DNA from: a virus
DNA length: 34,856 nt
Reading direction: 5' to 3' (one strand)
Virus record (IMG/VR): IMGVR_UViG_3300045988_100094
Below are positions 26,133-32,702 of the stretch, one piece after another (within the stretch, counting starts at the first letter, position 1; each line of letters begins with the position of its first letter). The translations under genes and the position numbers were made by a program. The notes beneath the pieces are model-generated. The model was not told the origin of the DNA, searched no databases, and saw only the letters and a list, made by a program, of their open reading frames with translations.

Positions 26133-26441
26133 TTACCCTCCCAGAAAGTTATCTTTCTCTGTTATTCTTTTATGCTGGTACTCGTAGTACATCTGATTAA
26201 ACTTGTTAATCATCACATCCTGACGCTGATTGACGTTCTTTTGCTCATTTGTCATACGCTCTAGTTCTGTTTGCAGGTCTTTAATTTGCGTTTGTTGCTT
26301 GCCATAGCCTGCTATCATACCAATAACGAGCAGGAACATGATAAAACTCACAAACACAAGCCATAGCTGCGTATTTGCTAGATTGCGCTTTTGGACGGCA
26401 TGCAGCGCTTCTAAGTTTTCTATTTTGTCTTTCAGCGTCAT
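26133..26441 (-). CDS. Hypothetical membrane / coiled-coil protein
   Basis: 102 aa with a central TM segment. ATGA overlap with the upstream gene. Confidence 0.55.
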   Translation of the reverse strand: MTLKDKIENLEALHAVQKRNLANTQLWLVFVSFIMFLLVIGMIAGYGKQQTQIKDLQTELERMTNEQKNVNQRQDVMINKFNQMYYEYQHKRITEKDNFLGG

Positions 26442-26881
26442 ACGTTGCCCTCCACCAGCTCAGGATTCTCGTATATGTTTCCAACAATCGATACTTTGAC
26501 ACCAGCGAATTTACGCCCATCTTCAAAATCTTTAATCGTGATTGGGCTGTTTGGAAAATCTCCTGTTACGATAAACCCATAAACATCACGTTCTATCGTT
26601 ACAAAAGGATTTCCAACACTAGCTAAACCTCCCTCATAGTCCGTTGTGTCTATAATATCCCCCTCAAAGATTTCCACGCCGTTCTTATCTTTGAGTCCTG
26701 TTGATTGTCCAATTGTTTTCATATCAATATCACACCAATCTTCTAACGAAACATATTCATCATTAGCTTCAATTATTCCATTGATGATGAGCGCTCTGTT
26801 GTCATCAATTAACAAATGTCCATATACCCATTTGCCTTTATCATCTTCGACGGTTGACCGTCCTCTAAATTTTGGTATCAT
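26438..26881 (-). CDS. YopX-family protein
   Basis: MIPKFRG...GLKDKNGVEIFEGDII...IVGNIYENPEL matches the recalled YopX pattern. Confidence 0.75.
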   Translation of the reverse strand: MIPKFRGRSTVEDDKGKWVYGHLLIDDNRALIINGIIEANDEYVSLEDWCDIDMKTIGQSTGLKDKNGVEIFEGDIIDTTDYEGGLASVGNPFVTIERDVYGFIVTGDFPNSPITIKDFEDGRKFAGVKVSIVGNIYENPELVEGNV

Positions 26882-27132
26882 ATCTTAACCTCCTGCACTT
26901 TCCACCCTAAAACGTCAGCAACTTTCTGTGCTTCATCTTTGCTGTCGAACTTTTTGACATAATTCATAGTACCCGGCATTTTGTCGGCGAGTATAACGAT
27001 TTCTACGTCTTTTTGGCATTCTTTAAAATAAAGGTGGTTTCCGTCTGTTACTACGTACCGCTTCTCCTGCTCCACCTCATAGCCGTCAAGCCATGCTCGA
27101 GCGAACAAATTTTGATTATCTAACGCGCCCAC
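26878..27132 (-). CDS. Hypothetical protein
   Basis: 84-aa ORF. The start (GTG) is uncertain. Confidence 0.5.
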   Translation of the reverse strand: MGALDNQNLFARAWLDGYEVEQEKRYVVTDGNHLYFKECQKDVEIVILADKMPGTMNYVKKFDSKDEAQKVADVLGWKVQEVKI

Positions 27133-27557
27133 CTAGTGCATTTATAAACACTTCCTTTGAAAGTTCCAGCAATTCCTATTCCGTACTCTGATACAGGGTC
27201 AAACGCTCCAGTAATTGTGAAATGATTTTCTTTGCAATAATCAATCCAATCGGCCACAAACTGCGGAATAACAACTTTTGACTTCCCAGCTTCTACGTCA
27301 TTTGCGAACTCATGCATAATTTCGTCCATCCAGACTTTGCGGTCGTGTTCTGGCAACTCACGCAGTCGTGCTAGTACGTTTCGCAAATAGCGCGGCTTTT
27401 CGTCTGTATCATTTTGTGGAATACATTCGTCCAAACACGAATCAATCCAAACTCCATTCTCTCTGGTGGATATATACAAGTCCCAAACATTGCCCTTATC
27501 TATTTGGTTGATTACTCCTTTCACCCAAACTTTATCGCCTATTTTAAATTCTGTCAT
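27120..27557 (-). CDS. Hypothetical protein (DUF1642-like by recall)
   Basis: MTEFKIGDKVWVKG...VVIPQFVADWIDYCK. ATG at 27557 with GAGGA upstream. Confidence 0.6.
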   Translation of the reverse strand: MTEFKIGDKVWVKGVINQIDKGNVWDLYISTRENGVWIDSCLDECIPQNDTDEKPRYLRNVLARLRELPEHDRKVWMDEIMHEFANDVEAGKSKVVIPQFVADWIDYCKENHFTITGAFDPVSEYGIGIAGTFKGSVYKCTRWAR

Positions 27558-27558
27558 C

Positions 27559-27789
27559 TCATCCTCTTTTCTTAAAAATAGTCGTTTTGTCGCCCTCAAT
27601 CTTCATCGCACCTTTTGGCTCGACTGAAAACGTCACGCTGTCCCACTCTCTCGACAAGTTGTCTAATTCCAGCTTAACTGCTTCTACTGACCGCTTAGCG
27701 AGTTTGTTTTTGTAATTTGTTCCCAGCCTGTAATGGTCGCGCTCCCAGTTCATGATTAGACGTATTTGTTTTTGGTTTTGCATTTTCAT
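27559..27789 (-). CDS. Hypothetical protein
   Basis: 76-aa ORF in the operon. Confidence 0.5.
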   Translation of the reverse strand: MKMQNQKQIRLIMNWERDHYRLGTNYKNKLAKRSVEAVKLELDNLSREWDSVTFSVEPKGAMKIEGDKTTIFKKRG

Positions 27790-28232
27790 CCTCCTAAATT
27801 ACTAAACGGTACATCCCACTGATAATCATCATATTCATTACAAATATCTTGGATGATTTTACCCTTGCGAATTTCTATTTCTTGAGTAAATTCCATACCC
27901 ATTTCAAATGTAAAAATTTTAATATCAACATCATGTTTTTTTGATATTTCTTGATAATTTTCTGGAATAGCAGCCCACGCTTGCTTAAAATTATCAAGTT
28001 CGACAATACAGAAATCTTCTTCAAGCCAAACTTCAACTTGATCTGTTTCAATGAACGCCCGTCTCGTATTATTTATGTAAAAATAGTGAGCCGTGCTGTT
28101 AAATACTAATAAATCGTCATCACACCCGCCCTCAAATGATACATTAGCATTCAATAACATGTCTTTTAATGCCGATGCGATGTTTTCTCGTCTTCCTCTT
28201 AATTTAAGGGTTCCTTTTGCCCAATTTGGCAT
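27786..28232 (-). CDS. Hypothetical protein (N-terminus MPNWAKGTLKLRG resembles DUF1281-type ferredoxin-like proteins)
   Basis: 148-aa ORF. Family resemblance is from memory only. Confidence 0.55.
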   Translation of the reverse strand: MPNWAKGTLKLRGRRENIASALKDMLLNANVSFEGGCDDDLLVFNSTAHYFYINNTRRAFIETDQVEVWLEEDFCIVELDNFKQAWAAIPENYQEISKKHDVDIKIFTFEMGMEFTQEIEIRKGKIIQDICNEYDDYQWDVPFSNLGG

Positions 28233-28235
28233 TGC

Positions 28236-28520
28236 TCATCCTCCTGTCTTCATCCAATTTCTGTGATACCAGTCAATTACCTCATCACGAGGAAACTTGT
28301 CACGTTTTCCCTCGATTCGAGGGAAATCTTTATGACAGTTGAAACGTGCATCAAACGTTCCAGTATCTTTCGTCCCTAGTAACATTTCAGAGCATTGCGA
28401 TTTGTTTAACTCCATAGGATAGCGCCTTTTTTCGTCTGTCACAACGTGCATGACCTTTAATGCTCTATCCATCAGACCAGCTTCAAATTGATCCAACATT
28501 TGATTCATTAGATCATTCAT
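28236..28520 (-). CDS. Hypothetical protein
   Basis: 94-aa ORF in the operon. Confidence 0.55.
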   Translation of the reverse strand: MNDLMNQMLDQFEAGLMDRALKVMHVVTDEKRRYPMELNKSQCSEMLLGTKDTGTFDARFNCHKDFPRIEGKRDKFPRDEVIDWYHRNWMKTGG

Positions 28521-28541
28521 GATATAATCCTCTTGTAATAT

Positions 28542-28904
28542 TTATTTTTGAGCCTGATTGCCGTCAGGCTTTTTTCGTTGCCAAAATGCTTCCAAATCAA
28601 CTGCCATCACAGTAGCCAAAGTCTTCTGCTCTGTCTCTATCTGTCGCCTGTAAGGTGCAAGACCAGCCTGCCGCTCTTCTTCATTGCGTGGAAGATAATA
28701 TCCGCTTGGCTGTGTCCTTTTAGCAATAATCGGCTGCCTAAAATTCACCCGCAAACTTTCAATCACTTCTTCCAGCATACGCTTAGAGAGACCAAGACTA
28801 ATTCTCAATTCACTCGCTTGAATTGGCAAATCAAAACTAGCACCATTTTTGATACCGTTCAAAACCTTAATTTCAAGCTCTGTCATATCTCGACTAACTA
28901 CCAT
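28542..28904 (-). CDS. Putative winged-helix DNA-binding protein
   Basis: 120 aa. The segment ASELRISLGLSKRMLEEVIESLR looks like an HTH. Confidence 0.5.
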   Translation of the reverse strand: MVVSRDMTELEIKVLNGIKNGASFDLPIQASELRISLGLSKRMLEEVIESLRVNFRQPIIAKRTQPSGYYLPRNEEERQAGLAPYRRQIETEQKTLATVMAVDLEAFWQRKKPDGNQAQK

Positions 28905-28912
28905 AGTCCCTC

Positions 28913-29110
28913 CTAGTTAATCACTTGATCGCCAATGCAGAACTTCTCTGTCCTAACATCAACTTCTTTTAATTCCACATTTTCAACGCCGTAGCGTACA
29001 AACATACTGATGACTTTGCTAATTTTCAAGTCATTCGCATTTGCAAATTTCACTGCCGCATCATAAGCATCAGGCTCAATGCGAACTACATTTACTGCAA
29101 CATTACTCAT
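28913..29110 (-). CDS. Hypothetical protein
   Basis: 65-aa ORF. Confidence 0.5.
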   Translation of the reverse strand: MSNVAVNVVRIEPDAYDAAVKFANANDLKISKVISMFVRYGVENVELKEVDVRTEKFCIGDQVIN

Positions 29111-29213
29111 TTTTTAAATTCCTTTCTAATCTCATCATAAGAGATATTCAAAAATTATTTTTTAATGGGACAAATCAGAAAAATTTTTTAAATCTAAGCT
29201 CTCCAATACGTTA

Positions 29214-29387
29214 TTAATAAAAATCGCGTACAGCTTTTATCAACCCTGCGACTGCCGCAACAGCCGCAGGGTCTTTTTTATTTATTTCTTTCATTACATC
29301 AGCGAGAAATTGTGCTGAAACTTCACTGATAGTCGTTTCCCTGACAGCTTTTCTATTTGTAGAATACGGATACTTCTTCGGTCTCAT
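29214..29387 (-). CDS. Hypothetical 57-aa protein (not in ORF track)
   Basis: My translation: [57 protein letters not shown]. Strong RBS AAAGGAGAGGGGT precedes the ATG at 29387. Confidence 0.6.
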   Translation of the reverse strand: MRPKKYPYSTNRKAVRETTISEVSAQFLADVMKEINKKDPAAVAAVAGLIKAVRDFY

Positions 29388-29400
29388 ACCCCTCTCCTTT

Positions 29401-29616
29401 CTAAATCGGTTTTAAATCGGATTTATGGCCTAAAAAAATAAAATTAGGATCAATCTGATATAAATTTGCTAATTTATGCAGTAAGTCTAGTGGAATTCTA
29501 GAACTATCATGTTCATATTTTAGTAAAGTTTGATGATGAATACCTATTTTTTTAGCAGCTTCTTTAGCAGACAAATTGTTATTAACTCGTAACGCTCGTA
29601 ACGTCATTTTCTGCAC
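29401..29616 (-). CDS. XRE-family HTH regulator (Cro-like)
   Basis: [21 protein letters not shown] is a classic HTH_3 pattern. It is divergent from the DUF2513-like gene. Confidence 0.8.
   Translation of the reverse strand: MQKMTLRALRVNNNLSAKEAAKKIGIHHQTLLKYEHDSSRIPLDLLHKLANLYQIDPNFIFLGHKSDLKPI
29405..29422. promoter_or_regulatory. Distal operator-like site (ATCCGATTTAAAACCGAT on minus strand)
   Basis: Near-identical to the 18-mer ATCCGATTTAAACCGGAT at 31800-31817, which fills the lytic promoter spacer. It sits at the 3' end of the HTH gene, just upstream of the next RBS. Confidence 0.55.
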
Positions 29617-29639
29617 CTCTCCTCACCTCCTTTTAGTTG

Positions 29640-29648
29640 TGATATAAT
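29640..29648 (+). promoter_or_regulatory. Extended -10 promoter element TGATATAAT for the DUF2513-like gene
   Basis: TGnTATAAT lies 27 nt upstream of the ATG at 29675. No clear -35 element. Confidence 0.45.
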
Positions 29649-29674
29649 TAAAATAAAAATATTGAGGTCTAAAA

Positions 29675-30049
29675 ATGAGATTAAATCCTGATTGTATACG
29701 TGATATTCTACTTGTCGTTGAAAAACATGCAACCTATTCTAACGACGTTGAACAAGATATCGTTTTTAGAAAATTAGAGGATACATATAATCACGAAGAA
29801 ATTTTGTATCATATCCGCCAATGTGAAGCAAGCGGACTCTTCTTAAAGGTACAACACTTTTTCGGTGGTTTCTCAATTATAGATTTATCTCCAGCCGGCC
29901 ATCAATTTATTAACGATATTAGACAAGATACTAACTGGAACAAAATTAAAGAAATCGCAAAGAACGTTGGTTCTACTTCTCTTGATGTCTTAAAAGAAAT
30001 ATCTGTTCAGGTTATTTCAAATCTTATATCAAACCAATTTAGCAAGTAA
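29675..30049 (+). CDS. DUF2513-like winged-helix protein, lysogeny-strand accessory gene
   Basis: MRLNPDCIRDILLVVEKH... resembles the DUF2513 N-terminal pattern (from memory). It is on the plus strand, embedded antisense within the early lytic operon. Confidence 0.6.
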   Translation: MRLNPDCIRDILLVVEKHATYSNDVEQDIVFRKLEDTYNHEEILYHIRQCEASGLFLKVQHFFGGFSIIDLSPAGHQFINDIRQDTNWNKIKEIAKNVGSTSLDVLKEISVQVISNLISNQFSK

Positions 30050-30169
30050 TTTGATATAAACCTCGGCATAGCCTTTCTCGGATGTGCTTTTTATTTTAAT
30101 AGCTTGCACGCCATTTATTTTTTGGTTATTTATACGAATAGAGTTTTCTCGTATAGCGATGGTATCCAT
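30029..30169 (-). CDS. Possible 46-aa ORF downstream of the Cro-like gene (not in ORF track)
   Basis: My translation: MDTIAIRENSIRINNQKINGVQAIKIKSTSEKGYAEVYIKLLAKLV. The ATG at 30169 is preceded by GGGGGTAAGGAT. Its 3' end overlaps the convergent DUF2513-like gene by 21 nt. Confidence 0.4.
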   Translation of the reverse strand: MDTIAIRENSIRINNQKINGVQAIKIKSTSEKGYAEVYIKLLAKLV

Positions 30170-30180
30170 ATCCTTACCCC

Positions 30181-30366
30181 CTATCTAAATTCATCTAGGC
30201 TGACGTCCAATGCGTCAGCTATTTTTTGCATGTTGTCAAAGTAAACGCGTTTTGTACGGCCAGTCTTTAAATTGATGAGTACATTCTGGTCAATGCCAGC
30301 CTTTTTACTAACAGCATACATCGTCATTCCTTTACGTTCCATGACAGCTTTTATTTTTTTCCACAT
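30181..30366 (-). CDS. XRE-family HTH regulator (Cro-like), divergent from the Abi_alpha-like gene
   Basis: 61 aa. MTMYAVSKKAGIDQNVLINLKTG matches an HTH_3 pattern. RBS GGAGGA upstream. Confidence 0.8.
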   Translation of the reverse strand: MWKKIKAVMERKGMTMYAVSKKAGIDQNVLINLKTGRTKRVYFDNMQKIADALDVSLDEFR

Positions 30367-30413
30367 GTCATCCTCCTACTACATATTGTGCTTTTTGTTT
30401 TTATTATTCAAAA

Positions 30414-30430
30414 CAATATACTATATATTG
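30414..30430. promoter_or_regulatory. Palindromic operator candidate CAATATA-CTA-TATATTG
   Basis: Perfect 7-bp arms at 30414-30420 and 30424-30430. It overlaps the -35 boxes of both divergent promoters. The sequence is unrelated to the CI-type operators. Confidence 0.5.
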
Positions 30431-30456
30431 ACAAGTTGCTATATTTATTTTATAAT
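30428..30456 (+). promoter_or_regulatory. Consensus sigma-70 promoter for the Abi_alpha-like gene
   Basis: TTGACA (30428-30433), a 17-nt spacer, then TATAAT (30451-30456). A face-to-face minus-strand candidate, TTGTCA-N17-TTGAAT, shares the same -35 nucleotides. Confidence 0.75.
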
Positions 30457-30532
30457 ATAACTATGATTAACGACTAAGCCAACTTTAACTACCAATTTTA
30501 CTCTTTCGTTAATCAAAGAATTAAGAAAGTAA

Positions 30533-31330
30533 ATGACGATGACTGAAGATAACTCAAAAAATGACTTACTCAATCCTTTACCTATTTCAAAAGATACTGG
30601 AGACGCCTTATTCAAACCTGCTGCAACTTCTATCGGAGAAGCTTCTAAAACTTTATTAGATGGTGTTTTCCATCTAGCCTTTGATCCTATTAGAAAATTC
30701 AATATACAGAGAGAATCCGATTTAGAGCGTTTCAGGCTAGAAATTCAAGCTTCTGCCCAAGCAATCCCAAATGAATTTTATGATAATTCAAAAATCGGTT
30801 TAGTATTAAAAAGCATTGAAGATTCAAAGTATCAACTCAACAATGATGAAATAAGGGCGATGTTTACAAGACTAATCATTACTGCCATGGACTCACGGTC
30901 AAACTCGAATATCAGTCCTAAGTACAGCTCTATTGTCTCAGAAATGACTCCAGAAGAAGCACGGTTATTGAAGGAGATTTACTCAAACACAGCTTCCTTA
31001 GTCCCTTTTGCCAGCTTGAAAATGGAAAATAAAGATGGCTCTTCAAGGGATTTAGATCAATATTTTTTACTGTTTGATAACTATTCAGATAACAATAAAA
31101 TGTTGGAATTATCATTACTTGAAAGCTCCAATTTAATAAATTTCCATAAAGATACAAAACTAGTGCACCCACACTTTACCAATATAATTACCTCTTTCAG
31201 AAAGAGCTTTCCAGAAAATTTGAATACATTATTCCCGAACTTTTCAGACGACGAAGAGGTTATTTTCGAGCATTCCTACTATTCTTTGACTACACTTGGA
31301 GAATCCTTTTGCAAAATAGTTTTTAGTTGA
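30533..31330 (+). CDS. DUF4393 / Abi_alpha-like protein
   Basis: 265 aa. The central block DEIRAMFTRLIITAMDSRSNSNISPKYSSIVSEMTPEEARLLKEIY matches the recalled DUF4393 (Abi_alpha) signature. It is on the lysogeny strand with its own consensus promoter. Confidence 0.65.
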   Translation: MTMTEDNSKNDLLNPLPISKDTGDALFKPAATSIGEASKTLLDGVFHLAFDPIRKFNIQRESDLERFRLEIQASAQAIPNEFYDNSKIGLVLKSIEDSKYQLNNDEIRAMFTRLIITAMDSRSNSNISPKYSSIVSEMTPEEARLLKEIYSNTASLVPFASLKMENKDGSSRDLDQYFLLFDNYSDNNKMLELSLLESSNLINFHKDTKLVHPHFTNIITSFRKSFPENLNTLFPNFSDDEEVIFEHSYYSLTTLGESFCKIVFS

Positions 31331-31446
31331 AGATAAAGAATCCTGTTCTCCATTTTATCTAACTCTTTAGCCAAATAGTAACTATAAATTCTCAAGATAA
31401 TGAAAGTTATTAGTATGTTCGTAATTATTATCAGAACAAAAAACAT
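31279..31446 (-). CDS. Possible 55-aa membrane peptide
   Basis: MFFVLIIITNILITFIILRIYSYYLAKELDKMENRILYLQLKTILQKDSPSVVKE. AAGGAGG lies 9 nt upstream of the ATG at 31446. It is the internal start of track ORF 31279-31557. The last 52 nt overlap the convergent Abi_alpha-like gene. Confidence 0.5.
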   Translation of the reverse strand: MFFVLIIITNILITFIILRIYSYYLAKELDKMENRILYLQLKTILQKDSPSVVKE

Positions 31447-31460
31447 CTTTCCCTTCCTCC

Positions 31461-31547
31461 TTAAAAAATAAAATTCCAAATCACAATCGCAAGTATCACA
31501 CCAACAGAGACCAGTCCGCCGACTGTCCAAAGTTGCTCTTTCTTCAT
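31461..31547 (-). CDS. Possible 28-aa hydrophobic peptide (not in ORF track)
   Basis: My translation: MKKEQLWTVGGLVSVGVILAIVIWNFIF. GAGGTGA lies 7 nt upstream of the ATG at 31547. Its TAA overlaps the RBS of the next ORF. Confidence 0.45.
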   Translation of the reverse strand: MKKEQLWTVGGLVSVGVILAIVIWNFIF

Positions 31548-31581
31548 TGCTTTTCACCTCGCATTATGCTAGAATGACGGT

Positions 31582-31612
31582 GTAAGAGTTGGGGCTTGCG
31601 CCCCGTTCTTAC
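31582..31612 (-). ncRNA. Stable GC hairpin with tetraloop (structured RNA element, function unknown)
   Basis: Outer stem GTAAGA / TCTTAC, inner stem GGGGC / GCCCC. The loop is GCAA on the minus strand (GNRA type). No U-tract follows on either strand. Confidence 0.4.
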
Positions 31613-31631
31613 TACTCCTTCGGCGTGACTC

Positions 31632-31745
31632 TTATTTAAATAAGAGTTGGAGTATAACTGCGATAAGCGCTATTATCGCTGCTATTACTGTGGCTCTTGG
31701 CTGTGTTAGCCAAGGGTCTTTTCGTTTACGCCGGCGTCTTAGCAT
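31632..31745 (-). CDS. Possible 37-aa peptide with basic N-terminus and TM segment (not in ORF track)
   Basis: My translation: MLRRRRKRKDPWLTQPRATVIAAIIALIAVILQLLFK. It is the first ORF after the consensus lytic promoter, with GAAAGGA upstream. The region is also packed with hairpins, so it may be non-coding. Confidence 0.4.
   Translation of the reverse strand: MLRRRRKRKDPWLTQPRATVIAAIIALIAVILQLLFK
31694..31727 (+). terminator. Possible plus-strand terminator shielding the cI promoter region
   Basis: Stem CTCTTGGC (31694-31701) / GCCAAGGG (31709-31716) including one G-U pair, 7-nt loop, then TCTTTTCGTTT. Confidence 0.4.
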
Positions 31746-31793
31746 AATATTTTTCCTTTCGTTTTATTTGGTCATTTCCTTGACCTTGATTAT

Positions 31794-31822
31794 ATTATAA
31801 TCCGATTTAAACCGGATGTCAA
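31794..31822 (-). promoter_or_regulatory. Consensus early-lytic promoter with operator in the spacer
   Basis: Minus strand reads TTGACA (31822-31817), a 17-nt spacer, then TATAAT (31799-31794). The spacer is the near-palindromic operator. Confidence 0.8.
31800..31817. promoter_or_regulatory. Operator ATCCGATTTAAACCGGAT (near-palindrome)
   Basis: Arms ATCCG / CGGAT around TTTAAA. Related sites: TACGATTTAAAACGGTA (31872-31888), TACGAAAAAAATCGGAT (31830-31846, degenerate) and 29405-29422. Confidence 0.65.
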
Positions 31823-31863
31823 GAGTTTTTACGAAAAAAATCGGATTTTTTTATATTTTTTTA

Positions 31864-31892
31864 TTTACAAGTACGATTTAAAACGGTATTAT
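31864..31892 (+). promoter_or_regulatory. Probable cI (lysogenic) promoter
   Basis: TTTACA (31864-31869), a 17-nt spacer, then TATTAT (31887-31892). The spacer holds operator-like site 31872-31888. RBS AAAGGAG lies 6 nt before the ATG at 31926. Confidence 0.6.
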
Positions 31893-31925
31893 ATAGTAAA
31901 AAGGATAAATAGAAAGGAGCAAAAA

Positions 31926-32702
31926 ATGGCTAGAGGACGAGGAAAACTAACCCCGCATGAGTTAGAAGCGATGAAAGTTGTATCTAACAATCTTCAAAAA
32001 ATTTTATTTGAAAAAAATTTAAAACAATCACAAATAGCTGACGCGCTCAATATTCCAAGAAGTACTTTTAACGACTATATAAAAGGGAATACGTTGCCTA
32101 TTCCGGGAAACGTCCAAAAAATAGCTGATTATTTTGGTTTATTAAAATCAGACATTGACCCAAGATTTGCTTCTACGAACACATCTCCCACTCTTTCCAC
32201 TACGGCAAAAGCTATTTCTGATACCGTAGAGAAGCTAGAAGAACCCCGTAGAGTAATTGTACTAGACACTGCTAAAACGCAGCTAGACGAGCAAAACAGA
32301 GCCCAGAATGACGTTCATGAGGAACTAACAGAATATCATGTATTCGAGAAGTTAGCTGCAGGTAATGGCTACAATTACATGGAAGACCGCAACTATGATG
32401 TTGTATTTTTTAATAAAGATATTGACCACGACTTTGCTTCTTGGGTCTATGGCGATTCAATGGAGCCCAAATACCTTGACGGTTCTGTTGCCCTTATCAA
32501 AGATACCGGCTGGGACTACGACGGTGCTATCTATGCCGTTGACTGGGACGGGCAATCTTACATCAAGAAAGTATATAAAGAAAAAGACGGCCTAAGGCTC
32601 GTCTCAATAAATGATAAATATGACGATAAGTTTGCCAAGTGGGAAGAAGACCCCCGCATCATTGGAAAAGTAGTTGGCAATTTTATGCCGGTGGAGAGAT
32701 AA
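31926..32702 (+). CDS. CI-like repressor: N-terminal XRE HTH plus C-terminal S24 (LexA-like) autopeptidase
   Basis: The HTH is QSQIADALNIPRSTFNDYIKG. A candidate Ala-Gly cleavage site lies in LAAGNG. The serine motif is GDSMEP, with a downstream lysine in YIKKV. Confidence 0.9.
   Translation: MARGRGKLTPHELEAMKVVSNNLQKILFEKNLKQSQIADALNIPRSTFNDYIKGNTLPIPGNVQKIADYFGLLKSDIDPRFASTNTSPTLSTTAKAISDTVEKLEEPRRVIVLDTAKTQLDEQNRAQNDVHEELTEYHVFEKLAAGNGYNYMEDRNYDVVFFNKDIDHDFASWVYGDSMEPKYLDGSVALIKDTGWDYDGAIYAVDWDGQSYIKKVYKEKDGLRLVSINDKYDDKFAKWEEDPRIIGKVVGNFMPVER

Noticed and set aside
28548-28916. 122-aa plus-strand ORF almost exactly antisense to the 120-aa minus-strand gene.
   Set aside because: No RBS, and the composition is Ser/Leu/Cys/His-rich and unprotein-like. 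The minus-strand partner fits the operon and has an HTH-like segment.
29244-29280. Plus-strand hairpin CCCTGCG...CGCAGGG followed by TCTTTTTTA, which looks like a terminator.
   Set aside because: It lies inside the 57-aa minus-strand ORF (it encodes PAAVAAVAG). No plus-strand gene is upstream for it to terminate. The 14-nt loop is long.
30445-30702. 85-aa minus-strand ORF overlapping the Abi_alpha promoter and 5' end.
   Set aside because: It is antisense to a better-supported gene and spans a consensus promoter. It has no RBS.
31279-31557. 92-aa track ORF (MKSNEERATLDSRRTGLCWCDTCDCD...).
   Set aside because: The N-terminal 37 codons have no RBS and read across the separately framed 28-aa ORF. 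Only the internal start at 31446, which has AAGGAGG upstream, is retained, and only as a tentative call.
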